A stretch of DNA of 64,000 nucleotides, from the NCBI RefSeq assembly GCF_009914755.1, contig NC_060927.1; one strand, 5' to 3'. Positions 1-13,690 of this stretch are shown here, piece by piece. The number at the start of each line of letters is the position of its first letter. Positions within the stretch are counted from its first letter, which is position 1. The stretch is from the human T2T-CHM13v2.0 reference genome, Homo sapiens. The position numbers and the translations under genes are program-made. The notes below the pieces were generated by a model. That model had not been told where the DNA came from and made no database searches. It saw only the letters and a list, made by a program, of their open reading frames with translations.

Positions 1-700
1 TTTTTAGTATAGAGGTCTTGTACATATGTTGTTAAATTTATTTCTAAGTATTTTATGTATTTTGATGCTATCATAAATGATATTTTTAATTTGTTGCTAA
101 TATATTAACATAATTAGTTTATGTATATTCATCTTGTATCTTGCAACCTTGCTAAACCTTCTTATTAGTCCTAGTGGTTGTTTTATAGACTCCTTAGGAT
201 TTCCTACATAAAAAATCATGTCAGCTAAGAATAAAGATAGTTTTACTTCTTTGTTTCTACTCTTTATACCTTTTTCTAACCTTTATGTTCTTTTTCTTAA
301 CTTATTACACTGGCTACAACTTCCAGTAAAATGTTGAGTAGAAGTGGTGAGAGTGGACATCCTTGCCTCGTTCTGATCATGGTGACAAATCATTTCATAT
401 TTCTCTAGTAAGTATGGTGTTAGCTGTGGGTTTTTCCATACACATCCTTTACTGTGTTGAGGAAATTCCTCCTGTTCCTAGTGTGGTGAATGGTTTTATC
501 AGGAGTGGTTGTTAAATTTTGTCAAGTGCTTTTTCTGCATCCACTGAAATGATTTTATAGTTTTTCTTCTTCATTCCGTTAGTGTGGGGAATTATACTGA
601 TTGATTTTTTTGAATATTAAACATAAAAAGCTATAAATTTCCCTCTAAACATTACCTCAGCCTCACCCAATATATTTTTTAACATGGTTTTAACATGTTC
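1..700 (-). mobile_element. Old L1 (L1M) ORF2 fragment
   Basis: Antisense L1 signatures such as agaagtggtgagagtggacatccttgcct and gtcaagtgctttttctgcatcc, T-rich. Confidence 0.8.
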
Positions 701-1784
701 ATGTAGATTTTTATTTTCCAGGAATGGATTATTTGGCCCATGGATCAATCAGTTGGTAGAATACAGATTGTAGATAGTATAAATGAATGGTTACACCCAA
801 ATGTTGGCAATTTGAGACAATTTGTGAAACAGCAGGAATGGCAAAGTCTTTGTTTCATCAGCAACTTCCTAATGGAATTTGTTGACGGAAGTGATTTGAT
901 TTTTATCCATTTAGTGATGCTTATATCATGGCAAAGTCCAAGCCATTCACATTTCCCTTCAGGTGTGTTCTAATTCATGATCTTAAATCATGATAGGCTA
1001 TTTCCTTAAAGTGATGTCATTGTTTCCACCTGGGCAGAGGAAGATGATGAGTGTTGGCGATGGCAGAGGAAGGGGATGGACACAAGTCCAGGAATAAGGA
1101 AGGCAAATGTCAGCCAGCACTGTCAGCCACCTCCCTTGTGTGCGGGCACTGGGCTAGATCACCTGCATGTGTTAGGTGTGAGTCCACAGCACTGAGGAGA
1201 TGGAGGTCTGTAGGAAGTAAATCATCTGCTGCAGGTGACATGAGTAGGGGCAGAAACGAGGCTGGAGCCAGGTCTGCTAGCCCTCAAAGCTGGTGGACTT
1301 TTCCCAGGCAGTATCTACCTTTTTTTATCATGCAACATGAGGATATCTACATTTTGGAGTGAGTGTGAGCTTTGAGGATAAAGTTGTAACAGAAGTTTCC
1401 AGGATAATCCATTAATTGATACCACCTATCTTATTGATTTAATAATTGAGCCACTGTTATACTTGGCCAGTTGAATATCAAGCTTGGCATTCCATTAGAT
1501 AGGAAACCTGGTTTTGGAATAAATCAATAATCCCAGGAATTCTTAACAGGAAACATGGTTACCAAATGTAAATGAAACACTAGAGTTATTTATAGGAGTA
1601 TTGTATTAGATAGTTCTCTAAGTGGGCTGCAAAGCAGCTCTGTGAAGTGAGTCCTATTTTCTCAGTGACTTGCATATTCTAAGATTAAGTGATGTATTCC
1701 CAAGGAACAAGTCCTTTGTAAACAGTGGTTAACTTTTGTAAGGAAGGAATATAGAAGATTCTGGACAGTGTCACGGAATAAAAC

Positions 1785-2030
1785 TATTAAGAGCACAGAT
1801 TCTAGCACCATACTACTTGAATCCTGGCTCCATCACTTGCTTGTTTTGGGATCTTAAGCTGGTGACTTACCCACTTTTTACCTCAGCTTCTTATCTGTAA
1901 AATAAGGATAATAATATTGTATGTACTTATGACAGTCATTGTAAGGATTAATGAATTAGTATGTAAAGTACTTAACACAAAGCCTGTTGCATAGTCAACT
2001 CTCAATAAATATTAACTGTTATTATTGCTA
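1785..2030 (+). mobile_element. MIR SINE
   Basis: MIR core cctcagcttcttatctgtaaaataaggataataat followed by gtaaggattaatgaattag...ctcaataaat. Confidence 0.8.
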
Positions 2031-4299
2031 TGGTTACTGATATTTGTATTGCTTTAATTATGACATTTATTTCTTAATTTTTGGCAGAATTTCCTTGCTT
2101 GTTTTAGCTTGCCGTAAGATTAGGTATTTCCCTCTCTCTCCTTGTGTCTGAGGTAGGGTTCTTTCAGAGTTTTGCTGTTTGTCACAGTGTCTAACTACTC
2201 TGTGTTCAGCTGGCCTCCCTAGGGTTGCTCTTAAGAATCAATATCTCTTATTAACAAATACGATGCTCCCAGCCACTCCTTTCCTGGGAGCATCTCCACG
2301 TTCAAAGCCAGGTTGCACAGTGCCTGGACAGCAGCAGGATGTGTGTTGGTTCCCTCCTGGGATGCCGCCTTCCCCAGGGCATGGTAAGTGTGCTGAGCAG
2401 TCTGTGCGTCAGTGAGACCCTCCCGAGCTCAGTGAGACCCTCCCAAGTTGGTGCTTCACTGAGACCCACCCAGCCATTTTTGCCTGATCAAGTGACAGAA
2501 TGGTTCAAAACTGAATTATAAAAGACTTATTTACCTGGATGATAATACAAAAGAAAGGAGCCCAATTGTTACACTTCCCCATTAGGTACTTTTGTCTGCT
2601 GCGTGACGGACTTCCCTAGAAGAGTTGTTCAAACTGAAGTTGTGAAGTTGTAGGTTATAAGGCAGATTTGATTCACTGTTTACTAATTCTGTGTGACTTG
2701 ATATAAGGTTGGTGCTCAAAAAGTTGAAGGAATTTTAACTAGTTGAAGGAACTAGTTAAAATTAATTAAAGTGAGGATAGGCACCCTTCCTTCATTCAGT
2801 TATCCCCTTGTTTAATCATTTATTGATTGGTTCATTTGTATGCTCACTCATCTGGTCACCTGAACATTATTGGACCCCTCCTCTGGGCCATGTAGGCCCT
2901 GTGTGGAGCTCAGGGACTCAGATGTATCTGGGAAGACCCCTGCCCAGTCTACTGAGGAGACAAACACAGAAGCCCCCTTTTCAGTGCCTCTGAGCAGTGC
3001 AGAGATGGAGGGAGGGAAAGAGGGTGCCAAGTTGAGCCTAATGAGGGGAAGAGCAAGGCTGGACTCCTGCTGCGGGGGTGCCCTTGAGGAAGAGTCCCAG
3101 GGTGATGAGGGTGAGGGTGTGTTCCCTCCCACAATTAATGCCATCACAGTGAGATCTGCCTAATAATAGGATCTCCAGACCCCAGCAAATTGTCTGCTGA
3201 TCTCAGGCAATGTTTGTCTGTAAGAATCCTTCGCCCTGTGTAAACATTTTATTAGACCATTAAGTTGCCGTCAGCCTCTCCCACATTTACTAATGCCTGA
3301 GCAGGCTGAGCATAGGCTTCCATTTTTATGAAAACTCTTGCTTTTCCAGAGGCTTATTCTTTGACCTAATTTATCTTGAATCCTCATCCCACAGATCTGG
3401 CTTGCTTTGTGTGACTGGGATAGTTGTCTGAAAGGGAGGGCTTTCCTGGAGCTGAGAGATGGGCTAGATAACTTCAGGAGGCCCTGGCCTGCTAAGGAAT
3501 TCTTTAGTGCATTACAATTATATGCCTTTAAAAAACTATTCTTGTAAAGAATTATTGACAGTACAGCATTTTGGGAGTGGGGTGTGCCAAGTGTAGCAAC
3601 CCATTTGGAACATGTCTGTGTCCTCCTTTTTCAAGTTAAAATAACGACTCTTTAAGTATTTTACAATGCAATGTAATGTTGATTTCAGAATCTGCTAAGA
3701 TGTAGGGGATAAATGCAGTCCACAAATCATGCTGGTATTTCATTTTATATCCTATGTTCTTGTAAGGGACATGGAACTGAGAATGATGGTGGGTGTGTGG
3801 AGCAGGATTGTGTGAGGCACAATCTGGAACACCTTTCTGGGAAGAGACTGTCCAGAGAGCTTAGATCCATCTGCCCTGGGCAAAATCTGGTAATATTTAT
3901 AAACAACCCTGTGTTAGAATTCTCCTAGGCCTCCAGGAAGAGGCAGGAGCTCCTCTTTGTGCTTGGCTTGCTTGGAGGCATTTGACCAATCGTTAACCTC
4001 CCAAAATTACCCTTGTTTTTATCAGGCGCGTTTTGAACTTGAATCTAGGCATTAGAGGAAGGGGTGTTGGGAAAGGTTCCATCTCTGCTGTGGGATTAAC
4101 TTGGCTTGGAGCAAGCCAGTCACTTCTGTCTGTGTGAGCACAGAACACAAATCTGTTTTGAAAACTGGACCTACCTGAAGGAAAGATGATGAGAATAGGA
4201 CATATAAACAGCTGTATAAAACACAGCTGCTGGCAGTAGTTTCTCTTAGTGGCCATGGATCTGTGTGAAGAGGTGAAAACCTTTTGATATGAGAGAAAG

Positions 4300-4520
4300 A
4301 GGGTAGATATAATAATCACCTTTATGATTTGCTTATTAACGTTGGTTGCTCAACATATTATTTCGATCCTCATAGTGACCTGTAAGGTAGGTGGGCTCCT
4401 CTCTGTCTAACAGATGAGGATGCTGAGACACAGACAGTGCAGAGCTGGGTTGGGGACTTCACTTTACTTCTGCTGCCCTGCCGACTTCTCACGGCTGGCC
4501 CGGAGACAGAATAAGCCCAG
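4300..4520 (-). mobile_element. MIR SINE
   Basis: Antisense core acagatgaggatgctgagacacaga. Confidence 0.6.
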
Positions 4521-4806
4521 GTGTAGAAGGGAGCAGCTGGAGTTGTAGGAAGAGCAGTGGGTGGACAGCCAGGAGTCCGCACCAAACACAGGCTCACTCT
4601 CCAGACCCAGACTGGCCCGTGCAGCACTTCTGCCTGCAGCTGAGGGGGCCCCTTAAGAGCCCTAGTTCAAGAAAATTGCATCTTTGGATATCAGAGTGAA
4701 GAAGAGTACTTCTACTGCTATAATTCAGGGCTTCTTGCTTAATTCTGAACCATCTAACCTAGCTCAATTTGAGTAAGAGTCTTATAAAACAGTATTTAAA
4801 GATGGC

Positions 4807-4930
4807 CAGCCCTCCCTTCCTGCTCCCCTCTCTCCCTCTATTTCCCTTCTTCCTTCTCTCTCTTCCTCCCTCCATCTCTCTCTTTCCCTCCCCCCTCCCT
4901 CCATTTTCTTCCCTCCATCTTCCTGACTCC
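4807..4930. repeat. CT-rich low-complexity tract
   Basis: Nearly pure pyrimidine run. Confidence 0.85.
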
Positions 4931-5206
4931 TTGCTTTCAATTGTCTGGCTTCAGTTTCCCTTGGCTCTGTGAGAGCAGGTCTCTGGAGTGTGTTGCCCAT
5001 CTTGTGGCTCCCCTAGGAGGTTATGTTAACTGTGAACTATGAAGAGGAGCCACGTTGTTTGTTTTTTAACACCCACTCGATTATAAATTGCCAGGGAGGC
5101 TTGGACTCTTGGGTCGCTAAGGTGAGGATCCAATTTTGAGATCTGCAAAATTGGGTCAAAATCTCATTGCATCTTTAAGCCTTTCCCCTCTCCCACAGAC
5201 ACATTG

Positions 5207-5210
<4 letters not shown>

Positions 5211-5248
<38 letters not shown>
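5211..5248. repeat. (CA)19 microsatellite
   Basis: Perfect CA run read directly. Confidence 0.97.
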
Positions 5249-5252
<4 letters not shown>

Positions 5253-6559
5253 TAACAAGATAAGGATAACGTAAACTAGACCTTTCTTTTGACTTAATGT
5301 TTTTGTTCCATGTTGGCGTTCAAAGCAGGAACACAGGGTGCTATCTGACAAAGCTTTTCTTCTTTGCTGTTCAGAATTTCCATTTGGAGTTTACTAAGCC
5401 AGGACTGATAATGGGTAGACAGCTCAGTAAAATTCTAGATGAGAAGATCTCTGTTAATAATCACGGACCCCTGAGAATTTCTGAAAGGTTCTAGAGAGAG
5501 TTTCGACATTCATCTGGCTGCCAAATGAACTTCTGGTCTGACTTCAGGGCTTATTGTCTGTGGCACCCCCAGATTTCAGTTCTGACAGGGGGTGCTAGGC
5601 TGTTGGTAGCATCAGAATTACCTGGGAAGGTTGCCTACCTGCCTGTTTCTTTTTTTCCTTTGGTAAATGCCAGATTTCTTGTCCCCACTGTTGGGAAATT
5701 TTCTGTCCCGGGAGTCTGGATCAGTACTGCTACGGAAACTACAGGAAGTTGGATTTTGGCTCAATCCAGATAAGGAAGTGATTTAAAATGGAGCAGCCCA
5801 CATAGTGTGGGGCTGCCTCAAGTTTCCAGCACAGGCTGGTCTCTGCCTCTAAGTGGCGGATGGTTGGACGGGAAGCCTCTTTGGTCCTGTTAGCACACTA
5901 AGAGTTTTTTGTTGCGGATTTCACTCTAACAGGCACCCAAGTTACTTGACCTCTATTGACCTGCGCTTCTTTTTCTCCCTTCTGTCCGTGATGTCATAGA
6001 TATTGGATGATGACTGTAAGTTAGGCTCAGGAAAAATGACCAAATTGTTCTGCTTTTATGGGGCTCATAGTCTAGAGGGAGAGACTTGAAACTGTAGACA
6101 AACTCTATCTAGTGAGTGCTGGAGGGAGTCACACCTTCAACCTGAAGAATGTTCAGGTGTAGTGTTAGTGCCCAAGGCAATCTGTTGCCAGAATTGACCT
6201 TGAAAATTCCTTGGGAAGGGGCTGTGTTGAAGATGAATGCCTTGCTCCTCAGTGAGCTCCACATAGGGCCAGTGTTTCCTCTGGCATTGAGTGGATTGCT
6301 ATGTCTGAGGTGGGGCCTAGCTGAAGCAGTTGGTTGATGTTTAGGAGCTATGTTTTATGAAAAATCTCTATCAGATGTTAGAGTCACAGCTCACCCAGTG
6401 AGATGGCCACATTGGGAGGGGCCTGTGAGAACTGCGACAATTCAGGGGTCACTTTGGCACATCGGCTTATTAAATGGAGTTTTGGGCAAAAGCTCCTGCA
6501 CTACTTCTCACTGAATGCTTACCTTTGAATTCCCATGAATTAAACCATACGTTGTGAAT

Positions 6560-7900
6560 TCACAGTCTTATAGGAGCATAGATGAGAGAGAACAACTGAT
6601 TCTATGTGGGGAGGGAGGAAAGACTTCTCAAAGAAATGACATTTGAGTGAGTTCTTGAAGGATAAGTTCAGAGTAGAATTTGATCAGATCAGGGGAAAGG
6701 AGAACATTCTAGGCCAGCGTTTCCCAAAGCATACTTTGTAGAACATGTGTTCCATGGCATGTTAATGTGGGGAAAGAAGAGAACCCATTAGTTGAGAGAT
6801 GCTGGTTAAACTCAGTTCAGCAATTGCTCTCACCCCTTAAAGAACTTCTCAGAGCCTTTCATCCTTAATACACTTCGGTGTATCGTGAATCTTAAAGAGT
6901 GAGGTACAGTGTTTGTACTAGGTGAGACTTTTCTTGGAAACCTGGTTTAGGCAAGGTAGACAGCTCCTGCAGAGGCATGAAGCTTTGAAAGACCATGGCT
7001 AATTCAGGAAATGGTGGGTTTGTGTGTCTGAGTAGAGGGGGAGTGTAGGAGGGGAAGACAGTGAAGAGATGTGGGGAATTTGGATGGTATGGGCCAGCTT
7101 CTGGGAGAACTCCTTTGGGTGCTAGGTAAGGCTAGGCGCCAGTCTTACTCAAACTACAGTCATTTTAGAACCATCTTCACATCTCTCTTACAGGCTCAAT
7201 GCCATATATATTCTGATTTAATATATTTTTATAATCCAATTTTTAAATTGTAGATAATCATAAGGAAATTTTGCATCACTAAGGCAAGTGAAAAACCAGT
7301 AGCCTTTGCAAAAGTAGAATAAACACACGTATGTACACAAGTACACATATATACACGCACACATGCTGAAAACCAAACAGTTGTCAAATTCTAGCTACAA
7401 ACTATGAACTTGAGCTATGATTCGCTTTTGTTATAAAGGGAGATTTGGGTATTTTAGAGAGGTAATAAGTAGATTATGTCCCCAGTTGAGACTTGCTCAT
7501 CGTTCAATCAAAGAAATGGACAGATAACCAAAATGTTAATAATTTTCTTACAATATAATGCCAGATCTGTGTGCCATCAAAAATATCTCCCACTTTGGGA
7601 AACTTTGCTCTGGGCAGTGGGGAACCACTGAAGGCTTGTAAACAGGAGCACCTTTCTTTGCTTTAGAAAGCCAGTTTGTGTACTTTTATGGATGGTGGTG
7701 GTTCCGAATGGGTAAGACTGGAGGCAGGAAATCCATTGTTTAAGAAAAAAAGAAGCCCAGGGGAGAAATGCAGAGGTCTGGGCTTTGGGGCTATGCCCAT
7801 AGAATGGTAGGAGAAACTGTTTCGTTATTTAGTAGAGAGAATGGCAGGACTGGGGGACAAACAGAGAAGGGGGTCCCAGAAATGACTTGGCTTGGTCTCC
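6560..7900 (-). mobile_element. L2 fragments interrupted by hAT-type MITEs (~6715-6950 and ~7140-7610)
   Basis: L2-like gacatttgagtgagttcttgaaggat and gggaaccactgaaggcttgtaaacaggag. hAT-like termini cagcgtttcccaaa and cactttgggaaactttg. Confidence 0.55.
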
Positions 7901-8891
7901 TGGAGAGGTCATAGCAGCTCAGACTGAGGTTGGTAGTTGGCAGAGAGGCAGATTGAGTAGTTGGCAGAGAGGCACGCTGACTTGAGGCTTCTGCAGGAAG
8001 TCAGTATGGAGGTGTCCAGGGGAGTAAGGGATTATGTGTATGTAACTCCAGATCTCTGGTGGGTGGAAAGAGAACTGATTTTAGAGCCAGGTAAATCTGT
8101 GCATGACCCATGGCTTCACCCCTCACATCTAGGATCTTGGTTTCCTTTTTCGACGGTGAAAAATTGTAAACCCCAACCTTAAGGATGATTGGGAAGGTTA
8201 CTAGTGGTAGAGTGCTTGGGATAACTGTGGCACAGGGCAGAGCCCAGAGTCAGCAATGTTTATTTTAAGTTCCTTCTAGCTTCCCAATTACATCTCTGAA
8301 TTTTTTGGAGAAAGCTAGCCTCAGATTCAGCCAATTCCTACGGATTTCCCCTGGAATGAAAGAAGCCTTGATTCACACGTGTCATGACATTGAGCATTCT
8401 TGTGTTTGGTGGGAATTTTGGTATAGAAAATGCTGATTGCTGACCTTTTATCTTCTGCAGAAGAGCTCCTTCTGTCAGGGTTCAGAGACTTAGGCATCAG
8501 GCCAGCTGGGCATCACTGGCATTTTTTCCTGCCCATTTCTGTCTGCTTTCTAGGCAGCAGAAATGAAAATGTCCTGCCAATCTGTTAGACTGACTTCGCC
8601 AACTGCCAAATGGCCTTGAAAGGAGTAGTGGGAAAGCCAGAGCTTGGTGGTCAGACATCCTCTGTCGCTTACTGGCTGTTTAAGCCTGGACAGTGGCATG
8701 TCCTTAAGTCTCTATGTTGTCATTTGCAAAACAGGGTTAATAATATCCATTTTGCAGAGTGTTTTGGAGGACTAGAGATCATAGAGAGCTGTCTTAGCCC
8801 AAGGTATACTATATGCTTAAAATATGGGTGCTATTGCCCTTAGTTGTTGTGTGTTAACCTCCTCTCACCTCTACAGAAATGTAGGAAGGCT

Positions 8892-9064
8892 ATTTATTAT
8901 TATTTTATTTATTTTAGAGACAGGGTCTTGCTCTGTTGTCCAGGCTGGAGTGTAGTGGCATGATCACAGCTCCTTGAAGCCTTGAACTCCTGGGTTCAAG
9001 GAATCCTCCCAACTCAGCCTCTTGAGTGGCTGGGACTACAGGTGTGAGCCACACCACCAAGCTC
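8892..9064 (-). mobile_element. Free Alu monomer (FLAM-like) with 10-bp TSD
   Basis: Single Alu arm in antisense. TSD taggaaggct at 8882-8891 and 9065-9074. Confidence 0.88.
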
Positions 9065-9170
9065 TAGGAAGGCTGTTATGAATATGAGGTATCTAGAGAT
9101 AACATACTGTTACTTGACAATACAACATGTAAAAATTTAGACTGACCAAAAGAGAAATACATATACTTCT

Positions 9171-9803
<633 letters not shown>

Positions 9804-11519
9804 AGAAATACATACACTTCTTAACACTCACAGAATGTTGGTGTGAAATGGGAGTTTGGAAACGTCTATGATTTCTTTGGAGGCTGTGGGAGCCCCTGGG
9901 AGGCTGGGGAGCTGCCCCAGCTCATATCTGGACAGGGGCTGACCCTCATCAGAGGTGTTCCTGCCACTACCTTTAGTACCAGAGTGAACTTCATGTGTTG
10001 CTCCTTAGAGACCAGCCACCATGCTTCTGCTGGCCTGTAAGCCTCTGGGCCTCTGCTTCACAGAAGTGCTCTGGTCTGGAAGGGCCCCAGAGGGCTCTTG
10101 TTGGACTCAGAGCCCTGCTTTTGATCTTCACCTCAGGAAAGCTGCTGGTACCTCTCCCTGATATTGAGTGCATAAAGTAATGGAGTGAGGGCCACCCAGG
10201 AAAAGGATTTAAAACCGAATGAGCAGTCACATCCTAAGAACATTTGTTAAAAGCCCTATGTCGACATGGAGAAGATCTGGTTTAGAAACAGGGCTTTTGC
10301 TTTGGCCTTCTGTTCAATGTTTTTAAAAATGGCATTCGAGAGGAGTAAAAGCATGTTTGGAGGTATAGTTTCTACCCTCTTTGAGACAGCAGAATCAAAA
10401 TTCAGATAGTCTCTGTGGGCTTGGACAGTGAGCCAAAGCCAACATGATGAAATGAAGCAAGCATAAACAGGACGAGTGTTGCGAGTTCAAGCCGGCCACC
10501 AGCCTCCCCAGGCAGTGATGGGCTGGCGCTGCCACATCAGCCAGCTCCTTCCAGGGCTGCCTTCCTGGGAGCATGGCAGCCACATCCCGGGGAGCAGCAG
10601 TCCTCTGCTAGCACACATCTGCAGCGCCAGCTTCCATCCTTGGTCTCATGTTTTAATAGCAAATCTGACAAATTCTCATTGACCCTCAGTGGGGGTTGGC
10701 TGCCCACCACACCTTCTGCATTGCCTCATGGGTGGTATTTCTCCCAAGGAAAGCCTTGGCTAGGGTGAGTGGGAGGGAGAGCAAGGACGCTAGGTCCGAG
10801 ACCTGGGTTGTGGCAGTTGCTGCATTACTTATAGGCTGTGTGGCCTGGGCAAACCTTTCGTCTTCCGGATCTTAGGCTCCTCACCTGGAACATGGGATTG
10901 ATGATACCCCTGGTTGGTGATACCAGGTGAAGGGTCTGGGGAGCCTTAGCTGTGACGGGAAGAAAGTGCTTGGCATGTCCTTGGCATGTAGTTGGCGTAG
11001 TAGAAAATGCAGTCTAGCTGATTTGGAGGGTGTGGGTAAGCTGCTTAATCTCTATGAGCCTGTTTTCTTGTCTGTACCTGAAGAATTGACACTTCAGATA
11101 CCTGGCCCAGTGCCATTCAAGACATGGTAGAGGTCACAGGCATGTAGGTCCTGAACGATCCAGAGGAAGAAGGGGCTCTGTAGCCCAGGAACTGCCTTAC
11201 ACAGTGCCAGGGCCCTTGGGGATGCTGAGCTCCTGCTTGTGGGGGAGTCAGGTGAAGCTGGGCAGGACCCAGCAGGGTTGAGGTCATGTCTCACGGGGAG
11301 TGCCGGGCCACGTGAGGGAAGACCAGTGGACAGGCACATTAAGTTTTAAACTCACATACTTACTTTAATGTACGTTAGAAAAAAATCAAATAAGTAGTAC
11401 ATCAAATCTGTACTTTTTATGGAAGTTTTTGCTTTCTTTTTGGTTTTATAGTTTTAGTATTTAAAAAAAGTCAATTTAAAGGAAAATATTAAGTAAGTAA
11501 TAAACCAGGCAAGACTCTC

Positions 11520-11985
11520 CAAGAATGTCAAAGTCACAAAAGAACTAACCTCCCTGCCCCAACCTCAGCCAAGTAAAGAGCAGGTGATGCTTCTAGATTA
11601 AAGGAAACTAAAGACAACAAATCTGGAAGATATAAAGAACACCTCTGAAAGACATAATGGGGACAATTGGGAGAAATTTGAATATAGGCAATAGATTAAG
11701 TAATATTATGGTATAAGTCAGTGTTAAATTTCTTGGGTAGGGGAATCTCCTAATTCTTAGAAGACAGATGGTAAGGGCTCCAGTGTCATTGTAACTGTAA
11801 CCTGCTTTAAAATGGTTTGGGAATCCTTTTTATATATCAGCATTATATATATTCACATATATGTATATGGAAAGAGAACGAGAACATGCAGGAATGCACA
11901 CAAATGTAGCATACTGCTAACAGCTGGCAGCAGTGAGGCGAGGGCTGTGCTGTGTTCAGTATTCTGTTCTTTCAGCTAATTTTGT
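11520..11985 (+). mobile_element. L1MC/ME 3' fragment, apparently inside a hAT-type element (~11340-12030)
   Basis: ttctagattaaaggaaactaaagac...ggggacaattgggagaaatttgaatatagg is typical of old L1 3' UTRs. hAT-like end tttgagaaccattg at ~12010-12025. Confidence 0.55.
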
Positions 11986-12929
11986 AATGGTGGCCCAGGA
12001 ATGATGAACATTTGAGAACCATTGTGCTGTGGGACTTTCCTTCAGGTCCTTTTGAAGTCCTTGCTGACTTTTCATTTCTGGAACATATCTTTAATTTTGT
12101 ATTATAATTTGATAAGAAAAATTTTTGACCTAAGAAAAATCATTCAGTGACACATACTAATATAATGTAACTTGGTTAGAAAATATGATATGAGATCAAA
12201 AAATTCAGTTTTCTTAGTTATATAAAATGAGGTGGCTAAATTGAAATTTTTGTCTCAATGAGGCAGAAATCATTGAGTAACCATTTGTGGCCACCAGTTA
12301 AGATATGTATTCAATAGAAAATGACCTAGTACAGGCCCAGAGGCCATCAGTTAACACTAGAATATTAATGATGTATGATAGGATTATAGAATTACCTGGG
12401 ATCTCTTCATTTCCCGGAGGGAAACTGGAAATTATCTTGCTCTGTGCCACCTGAAAGCTATAAGGAAGGCTCTTTGAAGATGGTGGTGGGCAGCACTTAC
12501 AGCTGCGATCTGGTGTTCCTCTGGGTGCACTGATACCAGTGAATGATTTTCCTGAGGAGGAGGAGGTAACAGCAAAATCATGTAACATCAGAAACCTTTG
12601 TTGAAGATGGATGTGGGAAAGTTGAGGTGGCTGGTGAGGAGTTGAATTAGAAGACATAGTATTTCATTATTGTGGTTGTAATAATGTTGGTGAGATTATA
12701 CACCAATATCCAGCCCTGAAGTGTAGTCTCTTCACCTCCTTGCCTTTCTGCCATGTTAATAGTACCTGGACCACACATTTGGGATCTCAATTATATTATG
12801 GCTCTCAGCAACCCTAATTGGTTCATGGATATATGTCTTATTTGAAGGTGATTGCATGCACTTGAATGTTAGGGGGTGAAGCTCCTTTTGTGTCTCTCTG
12901 CCTGCATTTAAGATGAGATTGAGCACACA

Positions 12930-13200
12930 GAGGCAACATGGCCTTCCCTGGGGGAAGGAACCTGGGTCTGAATTCAGAGGACTTGGGTTAGGATCCTGGC
13001 TCCACTCCCTAGTGTCTATGTGACTTTGGATAAAATGATGATGATTATGACGGTGATGGCAGAAGTTAACTACTTCATAGGATCCTGTCTGTGAAGTAAG
13101 GGTAGTCATAGTGCACCTTGGACAGCGTTGATGGATCAGATGAGATGATGCACATGAGTAGTCAGTTCACTGGCATGGAACATGCTATAAAGCTATTAAA
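12930..13200 (+). mobile_element. MIR SINE
   Basis: ggatcctggctccact...tgtgactttgga...atcagatgagatgatgcacatg. Confidence 0.55.
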
Positions 13201-13249
13201 ATAATGATGCTTGAGTTGAACTGCATTGTTAAAACATGGGCTAATACAC

Positions 13250-13690
13250 TGTATTAGTCTATAATCTGTGGTTATAAAGGACAAAAATCCACCCCAAACT
13301 GATTCTTAAAACCAGGAAGTTTGTGAGGACTAGCTTTAAGCACAGCTGGATCCAGGGCCTCAAATAATGTTGTTAGGACACTGCCCCATTTTCCAGATTG
13401 CTTACCTCATGCTGGCTTAATTCTTAGGCCACCCGGCTCCTGTGAGATTGCAGAGCTGCCATCCATTCTGCTTGCTTTCTGCCAAGTTTGCCCCTCTCAC
13501 AGAAAGAGATATTTCCTAGTTCAGCAAAAAGCACAGGAGAGACTGAGTGGCCAGCTCTAGGTCCCACGCCTATCCCTGGAGCTGGGACCAGAGTTCCTAC
13601 TGTCTAAACATTAGGGACTGAGAAGGGGAGAGAGGCGATCCTAAAGGGAAAGAGACCCTGTGCCAGTGGAGTGCTAGGTCTCCATAACAA
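13250..13690 (-). mobile_element. MaLR (MLT1J/K-like) solo LTR
   Basis: tgtattagtc start, ccaccccaaactg, and ctagctttaagcacagctggatccaggg motif typical of old MLT1. Confidence 0.65.
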
